Made by a program: the position numbers and the translations under genes. Shown in pieces: positions 17,811 to 27,988 of a DNA stretch of 31,039 bases. The notes beneath the pieces are model-generated. The model did not search any database and was not told the DNA's origin. It worked only from the letters and a program-made list of their open reading frames with translations. The stretch's first letter is position 1. The number at the start of each line of letters is the position of its first letter. Source of the DNA: Pseudobdellovibrionaceae bacterium (lineage in GTDB: Bacteria > Bdellovibrionota > Bdellovibrionia > Bdellovibrionales > Bdellovibrionaceae); NCBI GenBank assembly GCA_041288045.1, contig JBGGMM010000168.1, positions 1-31,039 on the forward strand. Reading direction: 5' to 3'.

Positions 17811-18764
17811 TTACTGGCAGCGATAGCCGACGATTTTCACATCACCTGAAAAATCACCGCTGGCTGGAACATGATCAAGCAAGGAACACATTTGATTGCC
17901 TTCAATTGCCACTTTGAAACCTTCAGCCAAAAGTCTTTCAATTTCTTCTCTTCCGCCTTTTTCAAACTTCCCTTCAAAAGACTGATACTCGCAAGTCTTC
18001 TCTACTGGAGGGGGATTCAAAGGGCCTTGAGGTTGAGACTGAGCCGGCTTATTGAAACAAGAAAGAAGTTGCTGTCTGATTTTTTGCGTCGCCTGGTACC
18101 TAGCCTGAGCTTTGGGATCTTGCAACCAAGCTTGGTAGCCACCATCCGTTTGATTGGCCATCGCTTCTTCTGTCGTATACAGAGTGCCTGACAGACTGCT
18201 CGTGTTCATGCAAATCACGTAGGCGGCCTCAGTTCCATCCAATCCGAAATAAGACTCAAAATGAGCTGTGAAAGGAGGTTGATACCAAAGGCCTTTGAAC
18301 ATTTTCTGGCGAAGACTGTCGTTGTTCTCATCGAGAAGCTTTTGCAAAGTCACAGCCTGATCCTTGCTGGTCGCAGTCTCAGGATAAAGAGCCGGAGAGC
18401 AAGCCAAAAGATGGTTTTTTACTTCTTCTTCAGTCGGAGCGACATAGTTTTTGGGATAACTTTTATTCGGGATCTGACAGGCCATACTCATGATTTTTGC
18501 CAACTTCTCAGCTTTCGTAGAAATGGAAGGCGGTGGCGGCGGAGGTGCTGGGTTTTCGCATTTTAAACAGGCCGCAACACTTTCTTCATCCACACAAGTT
18601 CCAGATTTTTTCAGCGGCTCTTCTTCCACCGGCAAAGGCTCAACTGGAACATTGGGCTCACTCACCGAAGTTTTTTGATTCAGAGCGGGTCCAGGCTGGA
18701 AGTTCATTTTGCTACAAGCCGCAGTCAGCATCAGACAGACAATCAAAAGGGCTGAATTTTTCAT
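17811..18764 (-). CDS. Hypothetical lipoprotein with Pro-rich linkers and multiple Cys
   Basis: ATG 18764 after GGAGG; lipobox TAAC; PAPPPPPP and PLNPPP linkers. Confidence 0.82.
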   Translation of the reverse strand: MKNSALLIVCLMLTAACSKMNFQPGPALNQKTSVSEPNVPVEPLPVEEEPLKKSGTCVDEESVAACLKCENPAPPPPPPSISTKAEKLAKIMSMACQIPNKSYPKNYVAPTEEEVKNHLLACSPALYPETATSKDQAVTLQKLLDENNDSLRQKMFKGLWYQPPFTAHFESYFGLDGTEAAYVICMNTSSLSGTLYTTEEAMANQTDGGYQAWLQDPKAQARYQATQKIRQQLLSCFNKPAQSQPQGPLNPPPVEKTCEYQSFEGKFEKGGREEIERLLAEGFKVAIEGNQMCSLLDHVPASGDFSGDVKIVGYRCQ

Positions 18765-19188
18765 AAAGGACCTCCAACCCTCCTCTCTTTTCAAGTTCGA
18801 GGCCAACCCGACCAAAGCAGTGTAGAGTAAGATATCTTTGTGAAATCTGATCTCTTTCGAGGATGGGTCCAGTGAACTCGAAACATCGATTTCAACCAAG
18901 CTTTTGACAATGAAAAAAAAGCAGACAGTTTATTTGAAAAATTCCAGAGGGAAAATCCGTGATCAGTTCATTTTTCCGAGAGAAAATTGAGCTTTTTCAT
19001 TCACAATTCAAGACCTGAGTCTGGAAAAACAAAACACTTCAAGTGAAATTTCAAGAAAGCTTGTCAAACTCCTTCTCAGGACCAAAGGCAGACGCTCAAC
19101 ACTAACGCAGCGTCAATTGCTCTCAAGCACGAAGATTTGAGAGTATTTTCTCAATTGAAAAACAATTCCAGGCAAAGGATTCCATTCC

Positions 19189-20106
19189 ATGAAACGTTTT
19201 CTGCTCCCCATTCTCTTTCTTTTCCCATCCCTCGTGTTTGCTCAAGCTCTCAAGCTTGCATTGAATTGGAAACCCGAACCCCAGTTTGGCGGATTCTACG
19301 CTGCCGCAGATCTTTTTAAAAAACAGGGATTGGATGTGCAGATTCTTGAAGGCGGATCCGGTACTCCGACGATTCAAATGTTGGCTTCGAAACAAGTGGA
19401 TCTCGCCGTTGTTTCAGGTGATGAAATCATTCTTGCCCATGACCGGGGAGCAACTGATGTCGTGGCTATTTATGCGACTTACCAAACAGCTCCCACCGGG
19501 ATCATGACCCGAGGAGAAAGAAATCTCAAATCTCTAGAAGAAGTCTTTCAATCCGAAGGAACACTGCTTTGGCAAACCGGACTTCCCTACGCTCAGTATT
19601 TGCAAAAAAAATACGGGCCGTTCAAAGTCAAAACAGCCCCCTACCCTGGCGGAATCGGAAATTTTCAAAACGACGTCAAGATTTCACAGCAATGTTTCGT
19701 CACATCGGAGCCGCTGCTCGCGCAAAAAGCGGGAGTGAAAGAAAAAACTTTTCTCGTCTCTGATTCTGGATTTAATCCCTATGTCACTGTGCTCGCCGTG
19801 CGCTCTTCAGCTCTGAAAGAAAATCCGGAAAAATTTAAAAAGTTGGTTGAAGCTCTTCGCCAAGGTTGGGCCCAGTATTTAAAAGATCCCAAACCCACCA
19901 ATCAAGCCATGGCAAAAATCAATCGCGCCATGGATATGGAAACTTTTCAAAAATCCGCCGAAGTGCAAAAGTCACTCATTCAAACCAAAAAAGCTCCTCT
20001 AGGTTCCATGACAGAGGAGCGCTGGAAAACTTTGGTGGACCAGCTGACAGAGATCAAATTGATCAAAAACAAAATAAAAGCGAGCGATCTTTTTCAAAAT
20101 CTTTGA
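19189..20106 (+). CDS. ABC transporter substrate-binding protein, NMT1/THI5-like
   Basis: Signal peptide; LNWKPEPQFGGFYAA and GLDVQILEGG, typical of the NMT1/THI5 (SsuA-like) family. Confidence 0.9.
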   Translation: MKRFLLPILFLFPSLVFAQALKLALNWKPEPQFGGFYAAADLFKKQGLDVQILEGGSGTPTIQMLASKQVDLAVVSGDEIILAHDRGATDVVAIYATYQTAPTGIMTRGERNLKSLEEVFQSEGTLLWQTGLPYAQYLQKKYGPFKVKTAPYPGGIGNFQNDVKISQQCFVTSEPLLAQKAGVKEKTFLVSDSGFNPYVTVLAVRSSALKENPEKFKKLVEALRQGWAQYLKDPKPTNQAMAKINRAMDMETFQKSAEVQKSLIQTKKAPLGSMTEERWKTLVDQLTEIKLIKNKIKASDLFQNL

Positions 20107-20121
20107 TAAGCACAGCCCAGC

Positions 20122-20985
20122 ATGATTCGTTTCACGACTTTTTTGGGCATCGATCAAACAGGCGCGACTGATCACAAAGGCCTGCCAAAGCCTTTGCCGG
20201 TGGCATTGATTACACGCACGTCCAGTGGCTGGCAGCTGACTTTCTCGCAAAAAGGCAGACGGCTTGAAATGCCATCACTCCATCAAGAATCTTTACTTCG
20301 AATTCTGCACGATTTTCCACATCCCGGACGTGACCTTTCGAGAACTGCTTTGATTCTTGATTCCGTCTTTGGGCTCCCGGCCTCGCAGTGGCCCCCTCAG
20401 GCTCAGAATCTCTTCACTCTCTTTCAAAGAGCTTCGCAGTTTTCTTACCAAGGAAAGGAGTTCGGCCGGGAGGCAGCTGAAAAATTCTTTGCGCAGTTTT
20501 TAAAAAATAAAAAGCCTTCAGGAAAATTGCCACAAAGAATTTGCGAGATCAAAACTGGCGCGAATTCCATCTTCCTCACCAAGCCATTTCAAAGAAACAT
20601 TGGCTGTGGCACTTACAGAATTTGGAAAGAACTCGGTTCAGCACGTGAAAAATGGTTTCAGATTTGGGGATTTGATGAACCTTTGCCTCATCTTCAAGAT
20701 GGCCCTTGGATTTTTGAAGCCTACCCGAGCTTTTTTTGGAAAAAAATACTGGGCTTTGCCAAGCGAAATCCTCAAGACTTGCTTCGCTATTTAAAAACAG
20801 AGGCCATTCATTTGGATCTGCAGATTGAACCCAGGTCCTTGAATCTGCTTTTAGAGGATCCCGATCTCTGTGACAGTGTCGTGCTGGCCCTTTCTGCCTT
20901 GATTTTACAGGAAAAGAATTTTGAAATTTGGCATTTGCCTCAAATTCCGGAGCTTCAAAAAGAGGGCTGGATTTTGGGCCTTTGA
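20122..20985 (+). CDS. DUF429-like protein (predicted RNase H-fold nuclease)
   Basis: FLGID, ILDSVFGLP, IFEAYPS, DLCDSVVLA, terminal EGWILG. Confidence 0.75.
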   Translation: MIRFTTFLGIDQTGATDHKGLPKPLPVALITRTSSGWQLTFSQKGRRLEMPSLHQESLLRILHDFPHPGRDLSRTALILDSVFGLPASQWPPQAQNLFTLFQRASQFSYQGKEFGREAAEKFFAQFLKNKKPSGKLPQRICEIKTGANSIFLTKPFQRNIGCGTYRIWKELGSAREKWFQIWGFDEPLPHLQDGPWIFEAYPSFFWKKILGFAKRNPQDLLRYLKTEAIHLDLQIEPRSLNLLLEDPDLCDSVVLALSALILQEKNFEIWHLPQIPELQKEGWILGL

Positions 20986-21010
20986 CACCCTGGTTCAAAT
21001 AGCGTAGGAA
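20982..21010 (+). promoter_or_regulatory. Possible sigma70 promoter of yceD
   Basis: TTGACA-N17-TAGGAA (weak -10), ending 8 nt before ATG 21019. Confidence 0.35.
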
Positions 21011-21018
21011 GGGGACTT

Positions 21019-21573
21019 ATGTTGATTAATCTTCTTGAAATCCCAAATGAAGGCAAAACTTTTATCTGCAACCGCAACACCGCGGAGCTCAATGAGACCC
21101 TCAAAGACCTCATTGGCAGCAAAAACTATCAAGCCGAATTTACCATTCGCCCCTTGCAAGCTGGCACATTTGAATTGGTGGGGCAGGTGCAGACTCAGCT
21201 TCCCGAAGACTGCTCTCGCTGCGGCCTTGATTTTGATCAGCCCATCAATGAAAGCTTTAAAGAGCTCCTGTTGCCCGAGCAAGAAATCCCGCGAAACTCG
21301 AAATTCACAAAGGCTAATCATTTTTCGGATATGACCGGCCAGGGTCCTTCCGTTGTTGAGTATCAGGGACATCACTTCAACGCTGGGGACTACCTCCACG
21401 AAGTGATTGGCATTTCGGAGCCCCTCACTCCGGCTCCTCCCTGTGATGCCCAAGGGAATTGCAGCCTTTGCAAAAAACCTGTGCAAGGACAGAAATTTGG
21501 CTATGAGGATCCAGGATTTGAAAAATCCGAGACCCCATTTGCAGGGCTAAAGAACATCAAGCTCCCGCAATGA
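21019..21573 (+). CDS. yceD: YceD/DUF177 family protein
   Basis: CSRC motif, C-terminal PFAGLK, immediately upstream of rpmF. Confidence 0.88.
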   Translation: MLINLLEIPNEGKTFICNRNTAELNETLKDLIGSKNYQAEFTIRPLQAGTFELVGQVQTQLPEDCSRCGLDFDQPINESFKELLLPEQEIPRNSKFTKANHFSDMTGQGPSVVEYQGHHFNAGDYLHEVIGISEPLTPAPPCDAQGNCSLCKKPVQGQKFGYEDPGFEKSETPFAGLKNIKLPQ

Positions 21574-21653
21574 CGCAAGCTTTCTCTTGCCTTTTTAAGC
21601 CCTTTTGATTTAAAAACAGCAGCTTACAAACGAAATTTGAACCGAGGTCAATC

Positions 21654-21845
21654 ATGCCTACACCAAAGAAAAAAACGTCCCGCTCTCGCCGAAACATGCG
21701 TCGCAGCCACGATGGTTTGGAAGCTCCTGCAGTCGCCATCGATAAAAAATCAAAAGAGCTGGTTCGCCCTCACCGCGCTTTCAAAGCTGCTGATGGAGCC
21801 TACTACTACAAAGGTAAACAAATCAGCGCCGCGAAGAACGCGTAA
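21654..21845 (+). CDS. rpmF: 50S ribosomal protein L32
   Basis: [19 protein letters not shown]...PHR...YYKGK; SD gaggt. Confidence 0.96.
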   Translation: MPTPKKKTSRSRRNMRRSHDGLEAPAVAIDKKSKELVRPHRAFKAADGAYYYKGKQISAAKNA

Positions 21846-21855
21846 CTGATCTGGT

Positions 21856-22845
21856 ATGCAATACAGAACACGAGTCCGGGGCACTGGTGCTTACCTGCCT
21901 CCCAAAATCCTGAGCAATGCGGATTTGGAGAAAATGGTCGATACCAACGATCAATGGATTCGTGAGCGCACAGGGATTGAGCGCAGACACATTGCCCTCC
22001 CCGAGCAAACAACCTCGGACCTCGCTTACGAAGCCACTCAACTTGCTCTCAAAGACGCCAACATGGATGTCAAAGACATCGATTGCATTATTGTCGGCAC
22101 TTGCACAGGTGATTATCAAACACCCAGCACAGCTTGCGTCCTGCAGTCCAAATTGGGTCTCAATGGCATTGCCGCCATGGACGTCAACTGCGCTTGCTCT
22201 GGTTTTATTTATATTCTTTCCATCGCTGACGCTTACATTCGCATGGGAATGTATAAAAATATTCTGATTGTCGGGGCCGAAGTCGTCTCGAGATTCGTCA
22301 ATTACAAAGACCGCGAAACCTGCATCCTTTTTGGCGATGGCGCCGGGGCGTGGATCGTCTCTCAAACTCCAGCAGAAACCAAAGATGTGGTCCTCAGCTC
22401 CCATTTGCGGGCCGAAGGTTCTTTGGGTGAGCTTTTTATCAAGCCTTCAGGAATGGCAAAAAGACCCATGAGCCAAGAGGTTTTGGATGAAGGCTCCTAC
22501 TGGTTTCAAATGAAGGGCCGTGAAATTTTTAAAAATGCAGTTCGAACCATGTCAGCCACTTGTCATCAAGCGCTGGAGTTCAACAAACTCACTTCAGAAG
22601 AGATTGATTGGTTGGTCCCGCATCAAGCGAACAACCGGATTTTAGAAGCAGTGGCCAATCATTTCGAATTTCCAAAAGAAAAAGTCGTCTCTATCGTTCA
22701 CGAAATGGGAAATACATCGGCTGCGACCATCCCAGTGGCCTTTGATTTTGCTCGCAAAGATGGCCGCATCAAACGGGGTCAAACCATTTTGCTGACTGCC
22801 TTTGGCGCTGGCCTGACTGCTGGCAGTGCCGTGGTCAAATTCTAA
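21856..22845 (+). CDS. fabH: Beta-ketoacyl-ACP synthase III
   Basis: ACSGF, LFGDGAG, PHQAN, GNTSAA, FGAGL. Confidence 0.97.
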   Translation: MQYRTRVRGTGAYLPPKILSNADLEKMVDTNDQWIRERTGIERRHIALPEQTTSDLAYEATQLALKDANMDVKDIDCIIVGTCTGDYQTPSTACVLQSKLGLNGIAAMDVNCACSGFIYILSIADAYIRMGMYKNILIVGAEVVSRFVNYKDRETCILFGDGAGAWIVSQTPAETKDVVLSSHLRAEGSLGELFIKPSGMAKRPMSQEVLDEGSYWFQMKGREIFKNAVRTMSATCHQALEFNKLTSEEIDWLVPHQANNRILEAVANHFEFPKEKVVSIVHEMGNTSAATIPVAFDFARKDGRIKRGQTILLTAFGAGLTAGSAVVKF

Positions 22846-22858
22846 GGAATTCAAAACT

Positions 22859-23827
22859 ATGTTTCATTTTATTTACCCTGGACAAGGAAGCCAACAACCT
22901 GGAATGGGCCGTTTTCTCTTTGATAACTTCCCAACTGCCAAACATGTTTTTGAAGAGGCCAGCGAAGCTTTGAAATTGGACTTAAAAAAATTATGTTTCG
23001 AAGGGTCTGAAGCGGATTTAGCTCTAACTGAAAACACGCAGCCCTGCCTTCTCACAGTATCGACTGCGACACAAAAAGTTCTCACTGCTCAATTTGGAGT
23101 GAAGGCTCAAGCGGCTTCAGGTCACAGCATTGGTGAATACGCAGCACTTGTTTCTGCCGGCTCTCTCCCATTTGCAGAAGCTGTGAAGGCCGTTCGCATT
23201 CGTGGACAGGCCATGCAATCGGCAGTTCCCGTGGGTCAAGGTGGAATGGTCGCAGTGATGGGTTTAGAGCCAGATCAGGTTGAAAAACTCTGTGCTTATG
23301 CCGTTGAGAAATCCAAGGTAGGACCCTTGAGCCCAGCCAATTTTAATTCACCTGGACAGATTGTGATCAGTGGTTCCGCCAAAACCATCGCCTGGCTCAA
23401 AGAAAATTTCAAAGTCGAAGACCTTTTTCCAGAAGCCAAGCGCGTGAAATTGATTCCACTTCAAGTCTCAGCTCCTTTTCACTGCGAAATGATGAAACCA
23501 GCAGAAGATCAAATGCGCTCAGTTCTGACCGGGATTTCATTTCAAAATGCTCAATTTCCGATCATTCAGAATTTCACTGCCAGAACTGAAATTCAGGCTG
23601 ATTCTCTTCGCGAAAATCTCATTCGCCAGGTTTCAGCCCCTGTTCGCTGGATGCAGAGCATGGCTTTGGCCAAAGAAAAGACTTGGACAACCTGCATCGA
23701 AATGGGCACTGGCAAGGTGCTTCAGGGTCTCTTGAAAAAAATTGACCCAGAGAGCTTCAACGTCTTTAATACGAACTCTCTGGAAGATATTGAAAACATA
23801 GAAAAATTTGTCAAAAATCCAGCGTGA
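22859..23827 (+). CDS. fabD: Malonyl-CoA:ACP transacylase
   Basis: PGQGSQ, GHSIGEY, VSAPFH, PVRW; start ATG 22859. Confidence 0.97.
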   Translation: MFHFIYPGQGSQQPGMGRFLFDNFPTAKHVFEEASEALKLDLKKLCFEGSEADLALTENTQPCLLTVSTATQKVLTAQFGVKAQAASGHSIGEYAALVSAGSLPFAEAVKAVRIRGQAMQSAVPVGQGGMVAVMGLEPDQVEKLCAYAVEKSKVGPLSPANFNSPGQIVISGSAKTIAWLKENFKVEDLFPEAKRVKLIPLQVSAPFHCEMMKPAEDQMRSVLTGISFQNAQFPIIQNFTARTEIQADSLRENLIRQVSAPVRWMQSMALAKEKTWTTCIEMGTGKVLQGLLKKIDPESFNVFNTNSLEDIENIEKFVKNPA

Positions 23828-23852
23828 TTTTGGAGATCAGTTAAAGGCGAAT

Positions 23853-24611
23853 ATGGGAACAAACACCACTCTTGCTCTTGCAGGCAAAAAAGTTTTTGTG
23901 ACTGGCGGCAGTCGCGGCATCGGCGCGGCCATCGTTCGCACATTGGCTGAACGCGGAGCTCAGGTGGCTTTCACTTATTCTTCAAGAGTTGATGCGGCCC
24001 AAACCCTTCTTTCTGGGCTTCCGGGCTCTGGGCATTTTCATTTGCAACTCAACACAGCCGATCAGGCCTCTGTTGAAGCAGCCATCAGTCAGACCTTAGA
24101 AAAATTTGGCGAAATTGATGGTGTCGTCAACAATGCCGGCATCACCAAAGACACTCTTTTGTTACGAATGAAACCAGAAGACTTTGATTCCGTGATCAAC
24201 ACCAATTTGCGTGGCACTTTTCTGGTCACGAAGGGTTTTTTAAAATCCATGATCAAAGCTCGCAAGGGTTCGATTGTGAATATCACCAGTGTCATCGGAC
24301 AAACAGGAAACGCCGGTCAAGCCAACTATGCCGCCAGCAAAGCCGGAATTGAAGCTTTCAGTCGAAGTGCGGCTCAAGAGGTGGCTTCTCGAGGGGTTCG
24401 GGTCAACTGCATCGCCCCTGGGTTTATTGGCACAGAGATGACAGAAGTTTTGACCGATGATCAGAAGAAAGCGATTCTCTCCAAAATTCCAATGGATCGA
24501 ATTGCTGAGCCTTCTGAAATTGCGACTGTGGTTAGTTTTTTAATCAGTGAAGATTCCAAATACATCACTGGTCACACACTCAGTGTGAACGGTGGACTTT
24601 TTATGAATTGA
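23853..24611 (+). CDS. fabG: 3-oxoacyl-ACP reductase
   Basis: TGGSRGIG, NNAGIT, YAASK; start ATG 23853. Confidence 0.97.
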   Translation: MGTNTTLALAGKKVFVTGGSRGIGAAIVRTLAERGAQVAFTYSSRVDAAQTLLSGLPGSGHFHLQLNTADQASVEAAISQTLEKFGEIDGVVNNAGITKDTLLLRMKPEDFDSVINTNLRGTFLVTKGFLKSMIKARKGSIVNITSVIGQTGNAGQANYAASKAGIEAFSRSAAQEVASRGVRVNCIAPGFIGTEMTEVLTDDQKKAILSKIPMDRIAEPSEIATVVSFLISEDSKYITGHTLSVNGGLFMN

Positions 24612-24665
24612 GGTAAAAAAATGGAAATGGACACAAATAAGACAAGTTCCGCAACAGGAGGAAAC

Positions 24666-24902
24666 ATGGCCTTGAGCCCAAAAGTGAAAGAAATCATTGT
24701 TGAACAATTGGGTGTGGACCCCGAGAAAGTAAAGCCTGAGGCTTCTTTCATCGACGATTTGGGCGCTGACAGCTTGGATATCGTTGAACTGGTCATGGCA
24801 ATGGAAGAAGAGTTCGATCTTGAAATTCCCGACGAAGACGCTGAAAAGCTTCGCACTGTCGGTGATGTCGCTGGCTACCTTGAGAAAAAAGGTAAAGCGT
24901 AG
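24666..24902 (+). CDS. acpP: Acyl carrier protein
   Basis: [22 protein letters not shown] before ATG 24666. Confidence 0.97.
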   Translation: MALSPKVKEIIVEQLGVDPEKVKPEASFIDDLGADSLDIVELVMAMEEEFDLEIPDEDAEKLRTVGDVAGYLEKKGKA

Positions 24903-24908
24903 CTTCCT

Positions 24909-26168
24909 GTGAAAAACTTAAGAGAGCCAAGACCTCAAAAACGTGTTGTGATCACTGGAGTGGGAGCACTCACTCCGCTAGGCGCAACGATGGAAGAGAC
25001 CTGGAAAAAAGCACTTGCTGGGACCAGCGGGATTGCCAAAATCACCAGATTTCCGACCGAGGGTTTTGATGTGACTTTTGCGGGCGAAGTGAAAGGCTTT
25101 CAAGCCGATCAGTATATTCCCAAAAAAGAACAGAAAAAAATGGATCTCTTTATTCAGTATTCTCTGGCTGCAACCAAAATGGCTTTGGATGCAGCCAATT
25201 TGCAAATCACCCCGGAAAATGCCGAACATGGCGGAGTCTTTATCGGCTCTGGCATGGGCGGACTTCCAATCATTGAAGAAGAATTCACCAAGCTCACTCA
25301 AAAAGGGCCTGGACGTGTCTCTCCTTTCTTCATTCCGGCTGTGATCACCAATTTGGCCTCTGGCCAAGTGAGCATTCAACATGGAATCAAAGGCCCGAAC
25401 TATTCGATCACTTCGGCCTGTGCCACTGGCGCTCATTCCATCGGCGAAGCTTACAATTACATTCGCGCCGGCACTTGTGATTACATGATTGCCGGGGGTG
25501 CCGAGAGCACTGTGTGTTCCATGGCGATTGGTGGCTTTGCTTCGATGCGGGCTCTTTCAACTCGCAATGAGGCTCCTGAAAAAGCCTCACGGCCTTTTGA
25601 CAAGGACCGAGATGGTTTTGTTCTGGCTGAAGGCGCTGCTATTGTGGTGATGGAAAGTCTTGAACACGCTGAAAAACGAGGAGCCAATATTCTCTGTGAA
25701 GTCACCGGTTACGGCGCTTCTTCAGATGCATTTCATATGACCAATCCAGCTCCCAATGGCGAAGGCGGAGCTCGAGCGATGAAAAACGCTCTTTGGGATG
25801 CCAATATTCGTCCTGAAGAAATTCAGTATATCAACGCCCATGGCACCAGCACTCCTGTTGGAGATGAATTGGAAACGGCCGGGATTAAATCTGTGTTTGG
25901 TGAGCATGCAAAAAAATTGTGGGTTTCATCCACGAAGAGCATGATTGGCCATACTTTGGGTGCTGCCGGCGCAATTGAAAGTGCTTTTTGCATTTACGCG
26001 ATTCGCGATCAAATGGTTCCGCCGACAATCAACTTGGACAATCCGAGCGAGAATTGTGATTTGGATTATGTTCCCCACAAAGCCCGCGATGGCAAAATTT
26101 TGCATGTGTTGAATAATTCTTTTGGCTTTGGTGGCACCAATGCCTCCCTGGTTTTTTCAAAATTATGA
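24909..26168 (+). CDS. fabF: Beta-ketoacyl-ACP synthase II
   Basis: RVVITG, SACATG, NAHGTST, GHTLGAAG, NSFGFGGTN; GTG start is approximate. Confidence 0.97.
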   Translation: MKNLREPRPQKRVVITGVGALTPLGATMEETWKKALAGTSGIAKITRFPTEGFDVTFAGEVKGFQADQYIPKKEQKKMDLFIQYSLAATKMALDAANLQITPENAEHGGVFIGSGMGGLPIIEEEFTKLTQKGPGRVSPFFIPAVITNLASGQVSIQHGIKGPNYSITSACATGAHSIGEAYNYIRAGTCDYMIAGGAESTVCSMAIGGFASMRALSTRNEAPEKASRPFDKDRDGFVLAEGAAIVVMESLEHAEKRGANILCEVTGYGASSDAFHMTNPAPNGEGGARAMKNALWDANIRPEEIQYINAHGTSTPVGDELETAGIKSVFGEHAKKLWVSSTKSMIGHTLGAAGAIESAFCIYAIRDQMVPPTINLDNPSENCDLDYVPHKARDGKILHVLNNSFGFGGTNASLVFSKL

Positions 26169-26653
26169 TGAAGATTTATTTGGCCTCTGATCATGCTGGG
26201 GTTGAATTGAAATCACAAATCGTCAAAGAACTTCTGAATTTCAAATGGCTTCCTGATGTGAAACGCGAAGTTCACGACCTTGGGCCGCAATCTTTGGATT
26301 CAGTTGATTTTCCGGATTACGCCGATCTGGTGGCTCATAAAATTCATGGCTTTTCTTTAGTTCAAGACAATACCAGTCAGTCTTTGCCGACTGAAGTTGG
26401 CATTTTGATTTGTGGCTCTGGTCAGGGTATGGCCATGCGAGCAAATAAATATCCTCACATCCGAGCGGCCCTTTGCTGGTCGCCTGAGGTCGCAAGACTC
26501 AGTCGTGAGCACAATGACGCAAATGTTCTTTGCTTGGGATCTCGAGTGACAACTCCAGAAATCAATCTGCAATGTCTTGAAATTTTCCTCACCACTCCTT
26601 TTTCTGGCGGACGCCATGCCAGACGGGTTGCCAAAGTCTCTACTCCCGTTTGA
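26165..26653 (+). CDS. rpiB: Ribose-5-phosphate isomerase B
   Basis: [28 protein letters not shown]. Confidence 0.95.
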   Translation: MMKIYLASDHAGVELKSQIVKELLNFKWLPDVKREVHDLGPQSLDSVDFPDYADLVAHKIHGFSLVQDNTSQSLPTEVGILICGSGQGMAMRANKYPHIRAALCWSPEVARLSREHNDANVLCLGSRVTTPEINLQCLEIFLTTPFSGGRHARRVAKVSTPV

Positions 26654-26664
26654 TAATCGCGCCC

Positions 26665-27921
26665 ATGACAAGCGCAACACATTTAGAAAACCTCAAAAGC
26701 CAAGACCCTGATCTTTTCAACATGATCTCTCGAGAGACCGAAAGACAAAAGTTCGGCCTTGAAATGATCGCCTCGGAAAATTACGCCTCACTGGCCGTGA
26801 TGGAAGCGCAAGGGAGCACTCTCACCAATAAATACGCCGAAGGCTATCCTGGAAAGCGCTACTACGGCGGCTGCGCTTTTGTGGACGAGGTCGAGACTTT
26901 GGCTATCGAACGAGCCAAGAAACTTTTTGGCTGCGGCTTTGCCAATGTTCAGCCTCACAGCGGAAGCCAAGCCAATATGGCCGTCTATCTTGCAGCCATG
27001 CAGCCAGGAGACGCTGTCCTTGGGATGGATCTTTCGCATGGTGGACATCTCACCCATGGTTCACCGGTGAATTTTTCCGGAATTTTATTTAAAGCGGCTT
27101 CTTACAAGTTGGACCCACAAACCGGTCGGCTGAATTACGACACGATTTTGGCGACTGCCAAAGAAGTGAAACCCAAAATGATCATTGCTGGCTATAGCGC
27201 TTATCCTCGAGTTTTGGATTTCGTTAAATTTCGCGAAATTGCCAGCGCTGTGGGCGCCACACTTTTGGTGGATATGGCTCACTTTGCAGGGCTTGTGGCC
27301 ACTGGTGAGCATCCCTCCCCGTTCCCGCATGCGGATCTGGTGACATCGACGACTCATAAAACTTTGCGTGGCCCTCGCGGCGGCTTGACCCTGACGAACA
27401 GTGAAGAGTTCGCAAAGAAAATGAATTCAAAAATTTTCCCTGGCATTCAAGGCGGGCCGCTGGAACACATCATCGCTGCCAAAGCCGTGGCTTTTGGCGA
27501 GGCTCTGAAGCCTGAGTTCAAAACCTACAGCAAAAATGTGATTCTCAATGCGAAAGCCTTGGCGGAATCGCTTCTCAGTGAAGGATTTGAACTTGTGACT
27601 GGCGGAACTGACAATCACTTGATTCTGCTCGACCTCTCCAACCGTGAAGTCACTGGCAAACTGGCAGAGACTGCTTTGGATGAAGCTGGGATCACAGTGA
27701 ATAAAAACACCGTCCCCAATGAAAAGCGCAGCCCCTTTGTCACCAGCGGAATTCGCATTGGCACTCCAGCCCTGACGACACGCGGGATGGGGACCAAAGA
27801 AATGAATCAGATTGGAAAATGGATCGCTCAAGTTCTAAAAGATCCAGAAAACCAGAGCTTGAAAGCCAAAGTTCATCATGAAGTGAAAGAACTCTGTCAG
27901 AGCTTTCCAATTTACAAATAA
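26665..27921 (+). CDS. glyA: Serine hydroxymethyltransferase
   Basis: [41 protein letters not shown]. Confidence 0.98.
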   Translation: MTSATHLENLKSQDPDLFNMISRETERQKFGLEMIASENYASLAVMEAQGSTLTNKYAEGYPGKRYYGGCAFVDEVETLAIERAKKLFGCGFANVQPHSGSQANMAVYLAAMQPGDAVLGMDLSHGGHLTHGSPVNFSGILFKAASYKLDPQTGRLNYDTILATAKEVKPKMIIAGYSAYPRVLDFVKFREIASAVGATLLVDMAHFAGLVATGEHPSPFPHADLVTSTTHKTLRGPRGGLTLTNSEEFAKKMNSKIFPGIQGGPLEHIIAAKAVAFGEALKPEFKTYSKNVILNAKALAESLLSEGFELVTGGTDNHLILLDLSNREVTGKLAETALDEAGITVNKNTVPNEKRSPFVTSGIRIGTPALTTRGMGTKEMNQIGKWIAQVLKDPENQSLKAKVHHEVKELCQSFPIYK

Positions 27922-27937
27922 GCCTTTTGTAATTCAG

Positions 27938-27963
27938 GACCTTGGTCGATTCTCAAGGTCTTT
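27938..27963 (+). terminator. Possible weak terminator hairpin after glyA
   Basis: GACCTTG-N9-CAAGGTC followed by TTT. Confidence 0.35.
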
Positions 27964-27988
27964 GATCCTGTGCTAGACTTTGAAAATC

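Noticed and set aside
18558..18575. CxxC (CLKC) as a heme c site
   Set aside because: Followed by Glu, not His.
19020..19115. Riboswitch-like fragments (TCTGGAAA...CTCAGG) upstream of the NMT1/THI5 binding protein
   Set aside because: Lacks the CCGAAG core of glycine aptamers and the CTGAGA/ACCTG pattern of TPP riboswitches on the sense strand.
14764..19324. AGATCTTTTT at the permease end and at about 19309 as target-site duplication
   Set aside because: The second copy lies inside the intact SBP coding sequence and is low complexity.
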